A stretch of DNA of 64,000 bases from Nitrosopumilus sp. (GTDB taxonomy: Archaea > Thermoproteota > Nitrososphaeria > Nitrososphaerales > Nitrosopumilaceae): contig OZ245003.1 in assembly GCA_965223425.1 (NCBI GenBank), positions 1,440,001-1,504,000 of the forward strand, read 5' to 3'. Position 1 is the first letter of the stretch, and each line of letters begins with the position of its first letter. Below are positions 11,399-22,436 of this stretch, in pieces. The translations under genes and the position numbers were made by a program. Under the pieces are notes generated by a model, which was not told the origin of the DNA, made no database searches, and worked only from the letters and a program-made list of their open reading frames with translations.

Positions 11399-12689
11399 GG
11401 TTCTGTGAAGTTATCGGGAGTTAACCCCTATAACTCGACTTTGACATATCGACTATTCGGATTGCCAATGGTGTGCAGGATTCCGTCATCGCCGGCTCAA
11501 AAGTGCCGGACTGCGCTTCACATATGTCATCTCTACTGCCCCTAAACCTAGGGGGCGGCTTGCGTGATATGTTGTTCATGGCAGCGACAATATCCCTGTC
11601 CATAAACAAACCGCAATTATTACACGACAGTTTACGATGCTGTTGCATGTCCTCTTGGAGTCTCTTTCCGCATTGCGGACACTGCGTGCTCGTGTTTCTT
11701 GGGTCTACTGTCTCGACTGGCGGGAGCCCGACCCGTTGGGCTTTGTATTCTATTTGGCGTTGCAGCTCGTAGAATTGCCACCCGTTCAATCTGCGCCTGT
11801 ACTTGTTGCCCTGACCATTTCCTTTTTTGTAGAGTTTTCTAATTCCTTTCAGGTTTTCTAGAACGATTGCAGCCTTTTCTTTGACGGCATTATCCACAAT
11901 ATCCTTTGATATTCTGTGGATGCATTGTTTTGTTCTATTGGTCATTCTTCTCTGTTTTTCCTTCCAGAACTGGTTTTTCTTCCTGCGGTCATTTCTGTGG
12001 AAGCCTGCCCTGGCGTGTACTGTGTTCTCCTTTATGGATAACAGCTTGTTTGTCTTGTAGACTGTCACCCCTTCCTCGCTCCCACACGTCACATTTCTTA
12101 GGTTTCTGTCTATTCCAACTTTCTTGGTGCACTCTATCTCTTGTACTTTTTTTGAAACACAAAGACTGATGTTGAGGGCAGTCAGTGAAAACGAGCGCAC
12201 CGTCAGGGCGGGATCAGACAGGATTTTTTGGGCGTGATCGTTGAGTAAAATGTTGATTGGGTTATGTTTCTTGTATGGGATTGTTAGTAGTGCACCGTTG
12301 TGTTTTATGCCGTAACAGTTTGTCATAAAGGGATTTTTGACTATTGGGTCTCTTATTCTGACACCTCGTTTGACTGATTGTTTTCTGTTTGATAATGTGC
12401 CTGCAGCTCTTGATATTGCACATATCTTGTATGACGATAAAATGTCATAGTTACGTAATTCGTGATAACATAACATGGACAGCCTCTTCATATTGTGAGT
12501 GTCTTCTTTCAACCCTATCTTGATGCAATGATTGGCCATCTTTGTGAATGTAGCCGCCATATCCATTAGGTCAGAGTTCGGCGCATATTTCTGTGATATT
12601 GGCTTTATCGCCTTCAGCGAATATCTTGCGGTTTGGAGGCTTGTACATTTTGGGAATTGACATGTAACTCCCGATAACTTCACAGAACC
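11399..12689 (-). mobile_element. TnpB-only element bounded by perfect 25-bp terminal inverted repeats
   Basis: GGTTCTGTGAAGTTATCGGGAGTTA at 11399-11423 and exact reverse complement at 12665-12689, TA on both flanks. Confidence 0.8.
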
Positions 12690-12695
12690 TAACAT
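11421..12695 (-). CDS. tnpB: TnpB RNA-guided endonuclease (true start probably near 12617)
   Basis: RuvC-I GIDRN, RuvC-II VLENL, LQRQIEYKA, zinc finger CPQC..CNNC, RuvC-III DRDIVAAMN. Confidence 0.93.
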   Translation of the reverse strand: MLGSVKLSGVTCQFPKCTSLQTARYSLKAIKPISQKYAPNSDLMDMAATFTKMANHCIKIGLKEDTHNMKRLSMLCYHELRNYDILSSYKICAISRAAGTLSNRKQSVKRGVRIRDPIVKNPFMTNCYGIKHNGALLTIPYKKHNPINILLNDHAQKILSDPALTVRSFSLTALNISLCVSKKVQEIECTKKVGIDRNLRNVTCGSEEGVTVYKTNKLLSIKENTVHARAGFHRNDRRKKNQFWKEKQRRMTNRTKQCIHRISKDIVDNAVKEKAAIVLENLKGIRKLYKKGNGQGNKYRRRLNGWQFYELQRQIEYKAQRVGLPPVETVDPRNTSTQCPQCGKRLQEDMQQHRKLSCNNCGLFMDRDIVAAMNNISRKPPPRFRGSRDDICEAQSGTFEPAMTESCTPLAIRIVDMSKSSYRG

Positions 12696-12879
12696 AATAA
12701 ATTACAAAAACATATTTTCAGCAAAAACCAGACATACTTGTTAATTGGCTAGATTGGGAAATACGTTGAATACCCAACGTTTTGTTTCAAATAATTAAAC
12801 GGTTTGATGTTTGAGGCAAAACTGCTGGATGCCAATTAACAATACAAACTCTTTTTTGACCAAATAAAATAGAAAAAGG

Positions 12880-13140
12880 ATGGGCAGAACTATTTTTGTT
12901 AAAGAAATTATCACCATACTAAAAGAGCCAAAGCTTTGTCCCACTTGTAAAAAAGACGATAGGCTAGAAAAAGATGTTATCCGAGAGCAAAGATCAGGCG
13001 GGAAAACAATTCTTTGTTCTAGATGTGAGGCGCTAATTGTAATTACAAATCATAATTTACGAAATGTTGAACTCTCACCAAAAAAAGACGACGTTGTAAT
13101 GCTAAAAGAGCCCCATTTGGTTAGAAAAGTAACGTACTAG
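12880..13140 (+). CDS. small zinc-ribbon hypothetical protein
   Basis: CPTC...CSRC. Confidence 0.75.
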   Translation: MGRTIFVKEIITILKEPKLCPTCKKDDRLEKDVIREQRSGGKTILCSRCEALIVITNHNLRNVELSPKKDDVVMLKEPHLVRKVTY

Positions 13141-13433
13141 TCATCAGATTTTTCTAACAGTTTTTTGATAACGTGGCTTCGAACATTTGCAACCTCCCAA
13201 TCTCGAAGATTTTCATTTTTGCATTCCTCTTTAATTATAAGACCTGCCAAGCCAGCACTCCAGATATGGCGCCTTGGATCATAAACCTCGATTATTTTTC
13301 CATGCTTTCTGATTTTGATTCCACCATGGCATCTTTCAACCACTTGTAAGGCAACTTTTTGATAGACTTTTTCAAAATTAACCATATTAGAAAACCATTT
13401 GGCGATGTCAAAAAGGTTCTCATTGGAATGCAA
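13137..13433 (-). CDS. hypothetical protein
   Basis: 98-aa ORF with host-like composition, convergent overlap with neighbour. Confidence 0.65.
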   Translation of the reverse strand: MHSNENLFDIAKWFSNMVNFEKVYQKVALQVVERCHGGIKIRKHGKIIEVYDPRRHIWSAGLAGLIIKEECKNENLRDWEVANVRSHVIKKLLEKSDD

Positions 13434-13589
13434 TAATAATAATATACCATAAAAATCAGAATGAAACTTGCTGATGATTAATCAATAAACTAAGCTATTG
13501 CTGACAGATGATGAGTTTGCCGAATTATGAAGCATGTTTTAAAATCAGAACATCATAAAGTACCATGACCCCAGTCGCAACTGTGTTCA

Positions 13590-14101
13590 AACTACCTTGC
13601 GCACCACCTTCCACTTGTCGCGTATCCATTCTCTGCGGTTCCACTGTTTGAGTCCGGTGGCATCGGCCACCAGGGTTACGTGTCAGAATGCATCATGAAC
13701 GTATATGGCGTTGCCGTGAATGCTGATGTCGAGCTTCTTCATTCTTCTGCACAGTGTGGAATAGTGCGGTGAGTCATGTCCTTCGAGCATCTTATCTGTC
13801 ATCCCAGACAGCTGCCTGAATGGAACATCAAGGGCAGTTCTCAGTGCAGTTATCGTCATGAGCATGGTGTCTACATACTAGAACAGGGCTCACTCCTTGC
13901 CGCAGTTGACCTGCTTTACCTCGCAGCTCCAGTCCGGATTATGCTGTACTACCAGCTCTGCACCTGGCCGTATGTACTTTGCATTATCGGTCAATACCTA
14001 GAGCATGCTGTCATGATCTAAAGCTTTTTCGGTCAGAAACATGTGTGTTCGTTGGTCAGTTTAAACTGCGTGGTAGATTTTAGGTGTGTTGTGCAACAAG
14101 C
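13590..14101 (-). pseudogene. IS5-family (IS903-like) transposase remnant
   Basis: PFRQLSG, PHYSTLCRR, then past a stop LVADATGLK..REW; end sequence GCTTGTTGCACAAC at 14101. Confidence 0.75.
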
Positions 14102-14122
14102 TAGTACCCAGTGTGGTTTTTG

Positions 14123-14193
14123 TGGACTTGTCGGGAATCGAACCCGAACCTACGAGTTTTCAGTTCATAATGCTACCATTACACTACAAGCCC
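14123..14193 (-). tRNA. tRNA-Phe(GAA), atypical
   Basis: Cloverleaf GGGCTTG-TA-GTGTAATGGTAGCAT-T-ATGAA-CTGAAAA-CTCGT-AGGT-TCGGG-TTCGATT-CCCGA-CAAGTCC-A. Confidence 0.75.
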
Positions 14194-14290
14194 ACAATCT
14201 TTTTAATATGGTATGGTGATAATAATATTGAGTTTTCAGTTCATGCTAGTTTTACACTGGCCTTTTTTTCTTTTATCTGATCGCCTTGTC

Positions 14291-14337
14291 GGTTCTGGAA
14301 GATTTTGATGATCAGATCACTAAAATTTACCAGAACC
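14291..14337. repeat. 47-bp palindromic dispersed element, copy 1
   Basis: GGTTCTGGAAGATTTTGATGATCAGATCACTAAAATTTACCAGAACC. Confidence 0.85.
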
Positions 14338-14503
14338 GGCAAACCACAAAAACGCTGGACTGATCTGCAAACGCCCACTAGGAGCTTCGTTCAATTATGG
14401 TAATCTGACACGCGCCGGTTCGGTCAGGAACACGATTTTAAAGAATACCACACATTGCCTGCCCCAGACGATCCAAATCAAGGATCCGTTGATGACCGGC
14501 CGC

Positions 14504-14884
14504 CTATGGCTCCAACGGGCACGTCACGGTCACGTCCTGCGGCATGAACAGCACCCTCATGCCAGAACCGAACATGTCCCTGCACGTCTCTTCCATGTCG
14601 TCTCCAATCATGGACAGGTATATCGGATCCTGATGGGCCGCGGCACTGCTTTCATCGAAGCTCCCTTTCGCGTTGCTCGCGCCACGCGCATCGCCGGTGC
14701 TACCTGATGGTGATGCGAGGCCCACGTACAGGTTGTCAAAATACACAGATCGATAATAGGGATCCTGCGTACGGTCATATATGCCTAGCGTAACGTCTGC
14801 ATAATCATCCGTAACAATTCGGATTTCTGGAGTGCCGTGCCTAAATTGGATGTAAAATCTGTGATTTTGATGTGTTTTACGCAT
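14504..14884 (-). CDS. hypothetical protein or gene fragment
   Basis: 126-aa ORF in the same frame just after the stop of the upstream fragment. Confidence 0.4.
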   Translation of the reverse strand: MRKTHQNHRFYIQFRHGTPEIRIVTDDYADVTLGIYDRTQDPYYRSVYFDNLYVGLASPSGSTGDARGASNAKGSFDESSAAAHQDPIYLSMIGDDMEETCRDMFGSGMRVLFMPQDVTVTCPLEP

Positions 14885-14890
14885 GCAACT

Positions 14891-15467
14891 TCAGAAACTC
14901 GAACTGTTACTATTTTGTACAGTACCACAATCATTACCTTCACAATAAACAGCAAAATCAGTAGGAGTGTGAGCTGTTTCTTCCAAAGTTACAAAAGGAA
15001 TATCATAACTAAATTGATCATTGAAAAATTTATGGGTTTTTACAATTCCAGCAAAGTCTGAATATAATCCATAAAATGAAGCTGGTGCATTTATAGAACC
15101 AACATTAACGATGCTTTGAGAAAAATTATCTCTAGTATCATCAACATAATGATATACAGAACCATCAGGACGCATCGTAGAAACATCATCATTTTCTAGC
15201 AAAACACCAATACGCAGATCAACAAATGTGTTATCATCAGGATCCTCATTTACTATTTGCAATTGAAAAGTACCCGATGAATCAGTCAGATCACAAACTT
15301 CTGTTCGACCGTTTTTTAAAATTTGAGAGGTGCCGTTAGAGAGGTTTTTATCATAAGCACATACACGGGCGCTATCCATAGGAATAAAAGAAGAATCAGT
15401 ATTGATATAATATTTACCATAAGCAAAAATTTGGGCAGGTGCATCAGATGCACCACTAGAAGATCTA
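14891..15467 (-). pseudogene. 3' part of IS630-disrupted secreted protein gene
   Basis: Joins in frame with 17952-19069 (QNYA|RSSSGASD) after removing the IS630 and one TA. Confidence 0.75.
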
Positions 15468-17949
15468 TAGTCTAGAGCAAAAGTTCTTGAGATCAAATAT
15501 GTTAGACAGAAATACATTTTGATCACGCCGCACCACGCATTACAATGCCCACAGTAAAATCCGAAGACCTGAAGAAAGCGTACAAGAGGGAGAAGAATCC
15601 TCGTGTCAAGATCAGAATGGCGGCCGTAAACATGGTATGCATGAACAATGAAAGCATTCAACATGTGGCAGACTCGCTCATGCAGTGCCCCAACTGGGTG
15701 TCCTTCTGGGTGGAACGCTTCAAGGAGGAGAAGGGCGGCATAGACGCCCTCCGGGATCTTCCAAAGACAGGCAGGCCGCCAAAGGTTCGGTTGGACAAGA
15801 TTGCAAGGGTTGTATCAGATGCAAACAGCAGCGGCATTATTACGCCAAAAAGACTCAAAAGCGACATACAAAAAAGATTCAAAGTAAAATACCACATAAC
15901 CAGCATCAGAAAGATAATGCACAAGCTTGGAATGTCTGCCAAGACGGCTCAGCGCATCCACATCAGTAGTTCCCAGATGTAGATTTACCGCAACCGCAAC
16001 TGGCATCGGTTCTACTTGCCTCGATCATTGACAAACAACTCGTTTCTGCTTGTAATGTACACGATAAACAACGCCATGGTGAGTTTTTTTCCCGCAGAAG
16101 ACACTCTTCCGTGCCTCTTTCCCGCATCAAGGCAGAACCTGGCAATCCTCCACAGGTTGTACAGCAGCAGCGGCAGGTAAAACATCAGCAGCCTCACAGA
16201 CAGGGAGTTGCTGCATGTCCTGCCCATGATCTCCTTTATGACGCGAAACCCCGTCTCGATGCCCCATCTCTTGCGGTACTGCTCCGGTATGATGCCTGTC
16301 ATGGCTCTGGCGCTCCTGATGGGAATGTTTGTTGCAAACGCAATGTATTGCTCCTCCCCCTCCTCTTCCCCCTCCTTTTTCTTCTTCTTCTTCCTGTCTC
16401 TTTTGACAATTACAAGGTTGTAGGTCACAGTTACGCCGTCTTTGTTGGTCATTGACTGCTGCGATACCTGGCTTGCCTTTCCGTCCTTGTACATCTTGAC
16501 TATCCTCTTGATCTTGGAGTTCATGATGACAGGCATGATGTAGCGGCACCCGCCCTTTCCTGCCTCTGTCATGCAGTCAACGTTGTAAAAGGCGCGGTCG
16601 TACAGGAACACAGTCTTTGAGTGTGCGCCCCCTCTGAGGATTTTCGTGCGTGTTTTGGCTATAAAATCGGCCAGTTTTTCCTTTGCCGGTAGTAGCTTCG
16701 ATTCCAGGACAATCTGCGAGGAGTCCCTGCCGACTCCGTGCACTGCGACATACGAGAGAAACGTGGATGTTCCTGCCCTTGGACGCGACTTTCTTGTATG
16801 CTCCTGCAGCTGCTCCCCATGGTATGGTATGTCCGTAACGTCTATTGCAATGGCGTCGATGTCCTGCAGCATTCCTGCACGGCGGGCGTGCCGCACCGTG
16901 CGTGCCAGCGTCCTTGCACACCAGGCCTGCACGTCTGCCGGTTTGACGCCACGGACTGCAGACATGACCAGGTCTGCATCAGGCGTACGTGCACCCGTGT
17001 CTTGAAGCCTGTTGTGCCGTACGAGGGATTCTACAAACGTGTTTCTCTCAGACGCCTTGATTAGCACGTCCAGTATGTCATTGCATCCGTATACGGCGTT
17101 GTGCCTCTCAGACATTGGCATGCCAAGCTTTTGAAACGACGAGCGCAGGATTTTAAACCGGTTTGATGTTATATTGTACTGGCGTGCGATCAGTTCGTCA
17201 TGTAATTCGACTTTCATGACATATTGCACGCCGTAGCCTAATCTGGATCTTTGCATTGCAGTTATGCGGTAACGCACCGGCATCTGGGCATAAACCTACA
17301 TCTGGGCACAAATCTACATCTGGGAACTACTGACATCAGCAGGGCAGAAATTGACAAAATCAAAAGGTGGCAACACAATGCAAAAAGGCGGATTTCACGC
17401 CTGGAATTGAAGGGTTTTACAACTGTCGTTTTTGACGAATCGATATTCATCGACGATCCTGCAAGTGGCGCAAAGTACTGGTCACCAAAAGGGGAGCCAA
17501 TCACAACGACATACAAGGGACGGCACGGCAGGAGGGTGGTGGCATACGGCTCCATTGCGACAGACGGCAGGCAGTTCTTTAGGACATATGACAGGTTTGA
17601 CAAGGAGACGGTTCTGCAATACATCAAGGAGATGACAAGTCATTTTGGCAAGGTGACAATCATCATGGACAACGCGCCGCAGCACAAGGCAAGGATTGTA
17701 AAAGAGTTTCTTGCAGGCAACCCCGATGTCAGGACAATATGGCTTCCGACTGCAACGCCTGAGCTCAGTGTAGTTGAGGAGTACTGGCATCAGGCAAAAC
17801 GGGACGTGTCGGTATCTGAATATTACGCTACGGTTGTGCACATGCGCCATGCAATGTCAGAATATTTCAGGACAGCCCGTCCCAAGCTTGATGCGATGAA
17901 GTTTATCTGTAGAAGGTCGCTCACTCTCAAAAACTTTTGATTGACACTA
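15468..17949 (+). mobile_element. IS630-family element A, interrupted by ISH3
   Basis: Ends TAGT...ACTA flanked by TA; ORF halves 15545-15963 (HTH) and 17337-17940 (FDES, MDNAPQHK, PELSVVE) rejoin as AQRIHISRAEID. Confidence 0.9.
15964..17332 (-). mobile_element. ISH3-family IS, intact transposase (ORF 16012-17283)
   Basis: 23-bp perfect TIR CAGTAGTTCCCAGATGTAGATTT, 4-bp TSD ACAT, motifs AIDVTDIPYHG, LYDRAFY, YRKRWGIETGFR. Confidence 0.9.
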
Positions 17950-17951
17950 TA

Positions 17952-19069
17952 GCGTAGTTTTGCAATCGGAACTCTGGATATTCATTTGTAAAGTCGTCAA
18001 TGAACTTTTGAGTAAACGTTGGCGTTAGTAGATAATCACCAAAATCACCACCGTTTTCAATTACGTTTCTTAAAAAGTCAGCATAGTCAGACCACAGAAA
18101 TTTTTCAAGATAGATATGTTCTTGTTGAGGTTCAGGAGCAGTTTGCTTAGCAGTTTTAAATTCAGGAACATGCTCAACATCAGAAGTATATCCCATATCA
18201 TATCTATCTACAGGGTCACCATCAACTAAGACTTCTTCAATAAACCTATGTTGTTGAAGATCATAACTATTTGTCAAACTATCAGATGGGACAAAAATCA
18301 AACCATCATCAGTTCGTTGAAGCTGAAACAGATAACGATCATAACTATGAAAATAAAACCTATCACGGTCATGATATAAAGGTTCATCTAGTCTAAGATC
18401 AATACTACCAGAAGTACCATTTACAGAATAAGGAACCTTGATAGAATATTTAGTTCCAAAATGAGGAGTATACAAATCCGCTTGTTTAAAATGGAATTGT
18501 TTATCTTCATTTAAAACAGTGATCTCTTCAGGAACAAAGACAAAAATTCGTGCGAATACATTATCAAGATTCAAAGAATCAAGATCATCATACACAGAAG
18601 TACCGTTAGGATGATACCAAGATAAAGTATACTGAATCGAAACTGTTTGATTCACAGAAATAGAATTAGGAATTTCTACACTATGTAGAGTACCGGGAAG
18701 TTTCTCATGACTATGATGTCCATATGAATTACCACCACCAGTAAACACATACTTTTCTAAACTGTTATCATCTGAAAGTTTTGCAGATATAGAATCATGT
18801 ACATTTGATTTACCAGAATTCTCCAGTATTGATCCAATTATAGATACTAGGACGAATCCTTTATCAAATAAAGTTTCAACTGAATCTTCATTCACACAAG
18901 CTGGTGTTCCTCGTATACTCTCCATTAATATTTTAGAATCTCTGCATTGTATCTGATCTAGTGGTGTTCCACTTTGGAATTGTTTGTATGGTGTATCTGT
19001 CTCTGCAAATGCAGGCGTTATCATTAATCCGATTGCTAGGAATAACCCTAACATTGTCTTACCAATCAT
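17952..19069 (-). pseudogene. 5' part of large secreted/surface protein disrupted by IS630
   Basis: Signal peptide MIGKTMLGLFLAIGLMITPAFA, PYKQFQSG..IQC..PACV N-terminal motif typical of thaumarchaeal secreted proteins. Confidence 0.8.
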
Positions 19070-19134
19070 TGAATTTTTTTGTATAACTTATTATATTAAA
19101 CTGTCCTTTGTTTTCAGTAGTTGGGATTGTACCG

Positions 19135-21402
19135 TAGTGACTAGGATAAATAACCGCTCATCCTTGTTATCCTGACCTCACGTCTATACAGCATTGTCCA
19201 TATGGATTCCTTCATCACCTTTGTGCTTTCATACATCACGTTTGCAGTGGCCCTTCTTAACAGCCTCCACTGCCCCTCCGTGGTATTCAGCTCCGGGGTG
19301 TACACGGGCAAGTAAACAAGGACTATGTCGCCGTCATACGAGTCGACAAAATCATTGACCATCTTTGACTTGTGGTATGATGCGTTATCAAGAAAGACGA
19401 TGATCTTGCCGTGCTTGAGATGCAGGTGTCCGAGCATGTCCACAAAGCCGTAGCTGTCGGCCTTGGCATAGAACCTGCAGTCAAAGCCGCCGTCGTACAG
19501 CGCCCCAAACGAGTAGAACCTTTTGCGCGACAGGCTGACTGGAGTGGTGACGGGCTTGCCCTTGGGGTACCACCCGTTCTTGGTATTCCACCCAATGATA
19601 AAGGAGGCCTCATCAACTGTAATCACCGTATGGTCTGGATGACTCTGGATTATCTCCCCTGCTTTTTTTTTAAACTCTTTTTTCTCTGATTCTGAGGCTG
19701 ACTTGGGTGCTTTGGACGCGGCTTTCTGCACGAAAAGCCCATCCTGTGCAGTATGTCATATATGCTGACAGTGGCATACTGCACGCCGAACTTTTTTCTG
19801 ATGTGTGCGGCCAGCAGCGGTGCCGTCCACACTCCGGACTCAAAGCCGCAACTGCGCGGGCCTGCCAGCAGGTCTGCGCGCAGCTGCTTTGTCTGTTCCG
19901 GATCGAGCTTGTTTGGCGCGCCTTCATTTTTGATGTCGTACCTGCCGTAGGTGCCAAGCTGTGCGGCGCGCACAAGCCAGCCCCGTACTGTGGAATATGA
20001 CCTGTTGAGTGCCATGCATATCCGGCGTATGGACATGCCCTCCTTGCGTAGTGACTAGGATAAATAACCGCTCATTCTTGTTATCTTGACCTCACGTCTA
20101 TCCAGCATTGTCCATATGGATTCCTTCATCACCTTTGTGCTTTCATACATCACGTTTGCAGTGGCCCTTCTTAACAGCCTCCACTGCCCCTCCGTGGTAT
20201 TCAGCTCCGGGGTGTACACGGGCAAGTAAACAAGGACTATGTCGCCGTCATACGAGTCGACAAAATCATTGACCATCTTTGACTTGTGGTATGATGCGTT
20301 ATCAAGAAAGACGATGATCTTGCCGTGCTTGAGATGCAGGTGTCCGAGCATGTCCACAAAGCTGTAGCTGTTGGCCTTGGCATAGAACCTGCAGTCAAAG
20401 CCGCCGTCGTACAGCGCCCCAAACGAGTAGAACCTTTTGCGCGACAGGCTGACTGGAGTGGTGACGGGCTTGCCCTTGAGGTACCACCCGTTCTTGGTAT
20501 TCCATCCAATGATAAAGGAGGCCTCATCAACTGTAATCACCGTATGGTCTGGATGACTCTGGATTATCTCCCCTGCTTTTTTTTTAAACTCTTTTTTCTC
20601 TGATTCTGAGGCTGATTTTGGGTGCTTTGGACGCGGCTTTCTGCACGAAAAGCCCATCCTGTGCAGTATGTCATATATGCTGACAGTGGCATACTGCACG
20701 CCGAACTTTTTTCTGATGTGTGCGGCCAGCAGCGGTGCCGTCCACACTCCGGACTCAAAGCCGCAACTGCGCGGGCCTGCCAGCAGGTCTGCGCGCAGCT
20801 GCTTTGTCTGTTCCGGATCGAGCTTGTTTGGCGCGCCTTTGTTTTTGATGTCGTACCTGCCGCAGGTGCCAAGCTGTGCGGCGCGCACAAGCCAGCCCCG
20901 TACTGTAGAGTATGACCTGTTGAGGGCCCTGCATATCCGGCGTATGGACATGCCCTCCTTGCGCATGGCATATGCCAGCAGCCTTGCTGCGGCCCTGGGA
21001 TCTGTCTCCTTTTTTTGCATGCTGCGCAGGCGCGCACTGGAGACGCCGGACAGGAACCTTCTGTCTGCCGGTATTGCAGAATTGTTGTATTTCATGCGGA
21101 TTCTGCCATACACTGGGATCTAGATCTTGTGGTTGAATAATGTTGTCTGTTTTGTGAGCGATTGTTAATCCAATTCACTACGCATGGCATATGCCAGCAG
21201 TCTTGCTGCGGCCCTGGGATCTGTCTCCTTTTTTTGCATGCTGCGCAGGCGCGCACTGGAGACGCCGGACAGGAATCTTTTGTCTGCCGGTATTACTATG
21301 GAATCGTTGTATTTCATGCGGATTCTGCCATACACTGGGATCTAGATCTTGTGGTTGAATAATGTTGTCTGTTTTGTGAGCGATTGTTAATCCAATTCAC
21401 TA
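19135..21402 (-). mobile_element. IS630-family element B, outer copy (frameshifted, interrupted by its own isoform)
   Basis: Ends TAGTGA/TCACTA; 19135-20048 plus 21183-21402 reconstitute a copy near-identical to the inner one. Confidence 0.9.
20049..21180 (-). mobile_element. IS630-family element B, intact inner copy (transposase 20055-21113)
   Basis: VDEASF, LDNASYHKS, YTPELNTTE DDE motifs; flanked by CG on both sides. Confidence 0.93.
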
Positions 21403-22374
21403 CGGCAGCAGGTACTCCAGAACTATCTCGCCGTTGTATCTTTCCAGAAACTCCCTTGCCTTTTTGGATTTGTGATATGACGCATTGTCTACAAACAGCA
21501 GCACCTTGCCGAATCTTTTGTGAACCCGTTCCAAAAAGCTGCAAAAGCCGTCGCTGTCTGGCTTTTCATAAGACATAAGGTAAAACGCGCTTGCCGACAG
21601 GACTCCAAATGTATCTTCTCTTGCGTGACAAAACAGAGGGGGATGTGGCGCGCTTGCCGCGCCTTCTCCACCCGTAGCCGGGCCTGTCTGGTGCCTTTTG
21701 AATCGAGGATGCATCGCCGGCCAGTACGGCGTATCCCTGCGCCGACTTTTCTGCAACGGGTTTTTTTGCCCGCTCCTGAAACTCTTTTTGCTTTCTTTTT
21801 GAGGCTGATCTTGGGTTTTTTGGACGCGCCTTGCTCCACGAAAAGCCCATCTCCCTGACCAGCTGCAGCGCGCCTGCCTTGCTGTACTGCACGCCGAACT
21901 TTCGCTTGATGTGCAGCCTTGCGAGGTTGGAATCCCACAGGCTGCTCTCAAAGCCGCATGACTCCGGCCCCGCATCCAGGTCCGCTGCAAGCTGTCTTGT
22001 CTGCGGCCCGCCTATCAGGTGCTTTCGTCCCCTGCCGCTGCGCTCGAACCTTGCGCGTATTCCCTCGTCCTGTGCGCGGTTGAGCCATGCAGATATGGTG
22101 GACTTGGGCCTTCCCAGCATCCTTCCAATCCTGTCTAGCGGCACGCCGTCCTTGCGCTGCATGTACGCAAGCAGCCTGTCGCGCCTTCTGGGATCAGTCT
22201 CCTTTTTGTATGCCCTTTTGAGGTCTGCAACGGCCGGTGTTTGGCAGAAATTTTGCCCCCCTGCAACCTGTCTCTTTTTTTGTTTGTACATGCAGTGTGT
22301 GCGATATGGCCGGTCTTGGATCTTTTGGCCAAAAATAATTGTCAAAATGGTTCAGGTTTTTTATGTACTTACTA
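21403..22374 (-). mobile_element. IS630-family element C, frameshifted and 3'-truncated
   Basis: ORFs 21566-22345 and 21400-21990 (GDASS, VDNASYHKS); end TAGTAAGTACAT; homologous to 59561-60353. Confidence 0.85.
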
Positions 22375-22436
22375 TGTTCTTGTTCATGCGCAATGATTTA
22401 CAAGCACACCATGGAGAAAACCATTCTGACCAAAAG

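Noticed and set aside
11421-12695. TnpB as a Cas12f effector
   Set aside because: No adjacent repeat-spacer array.
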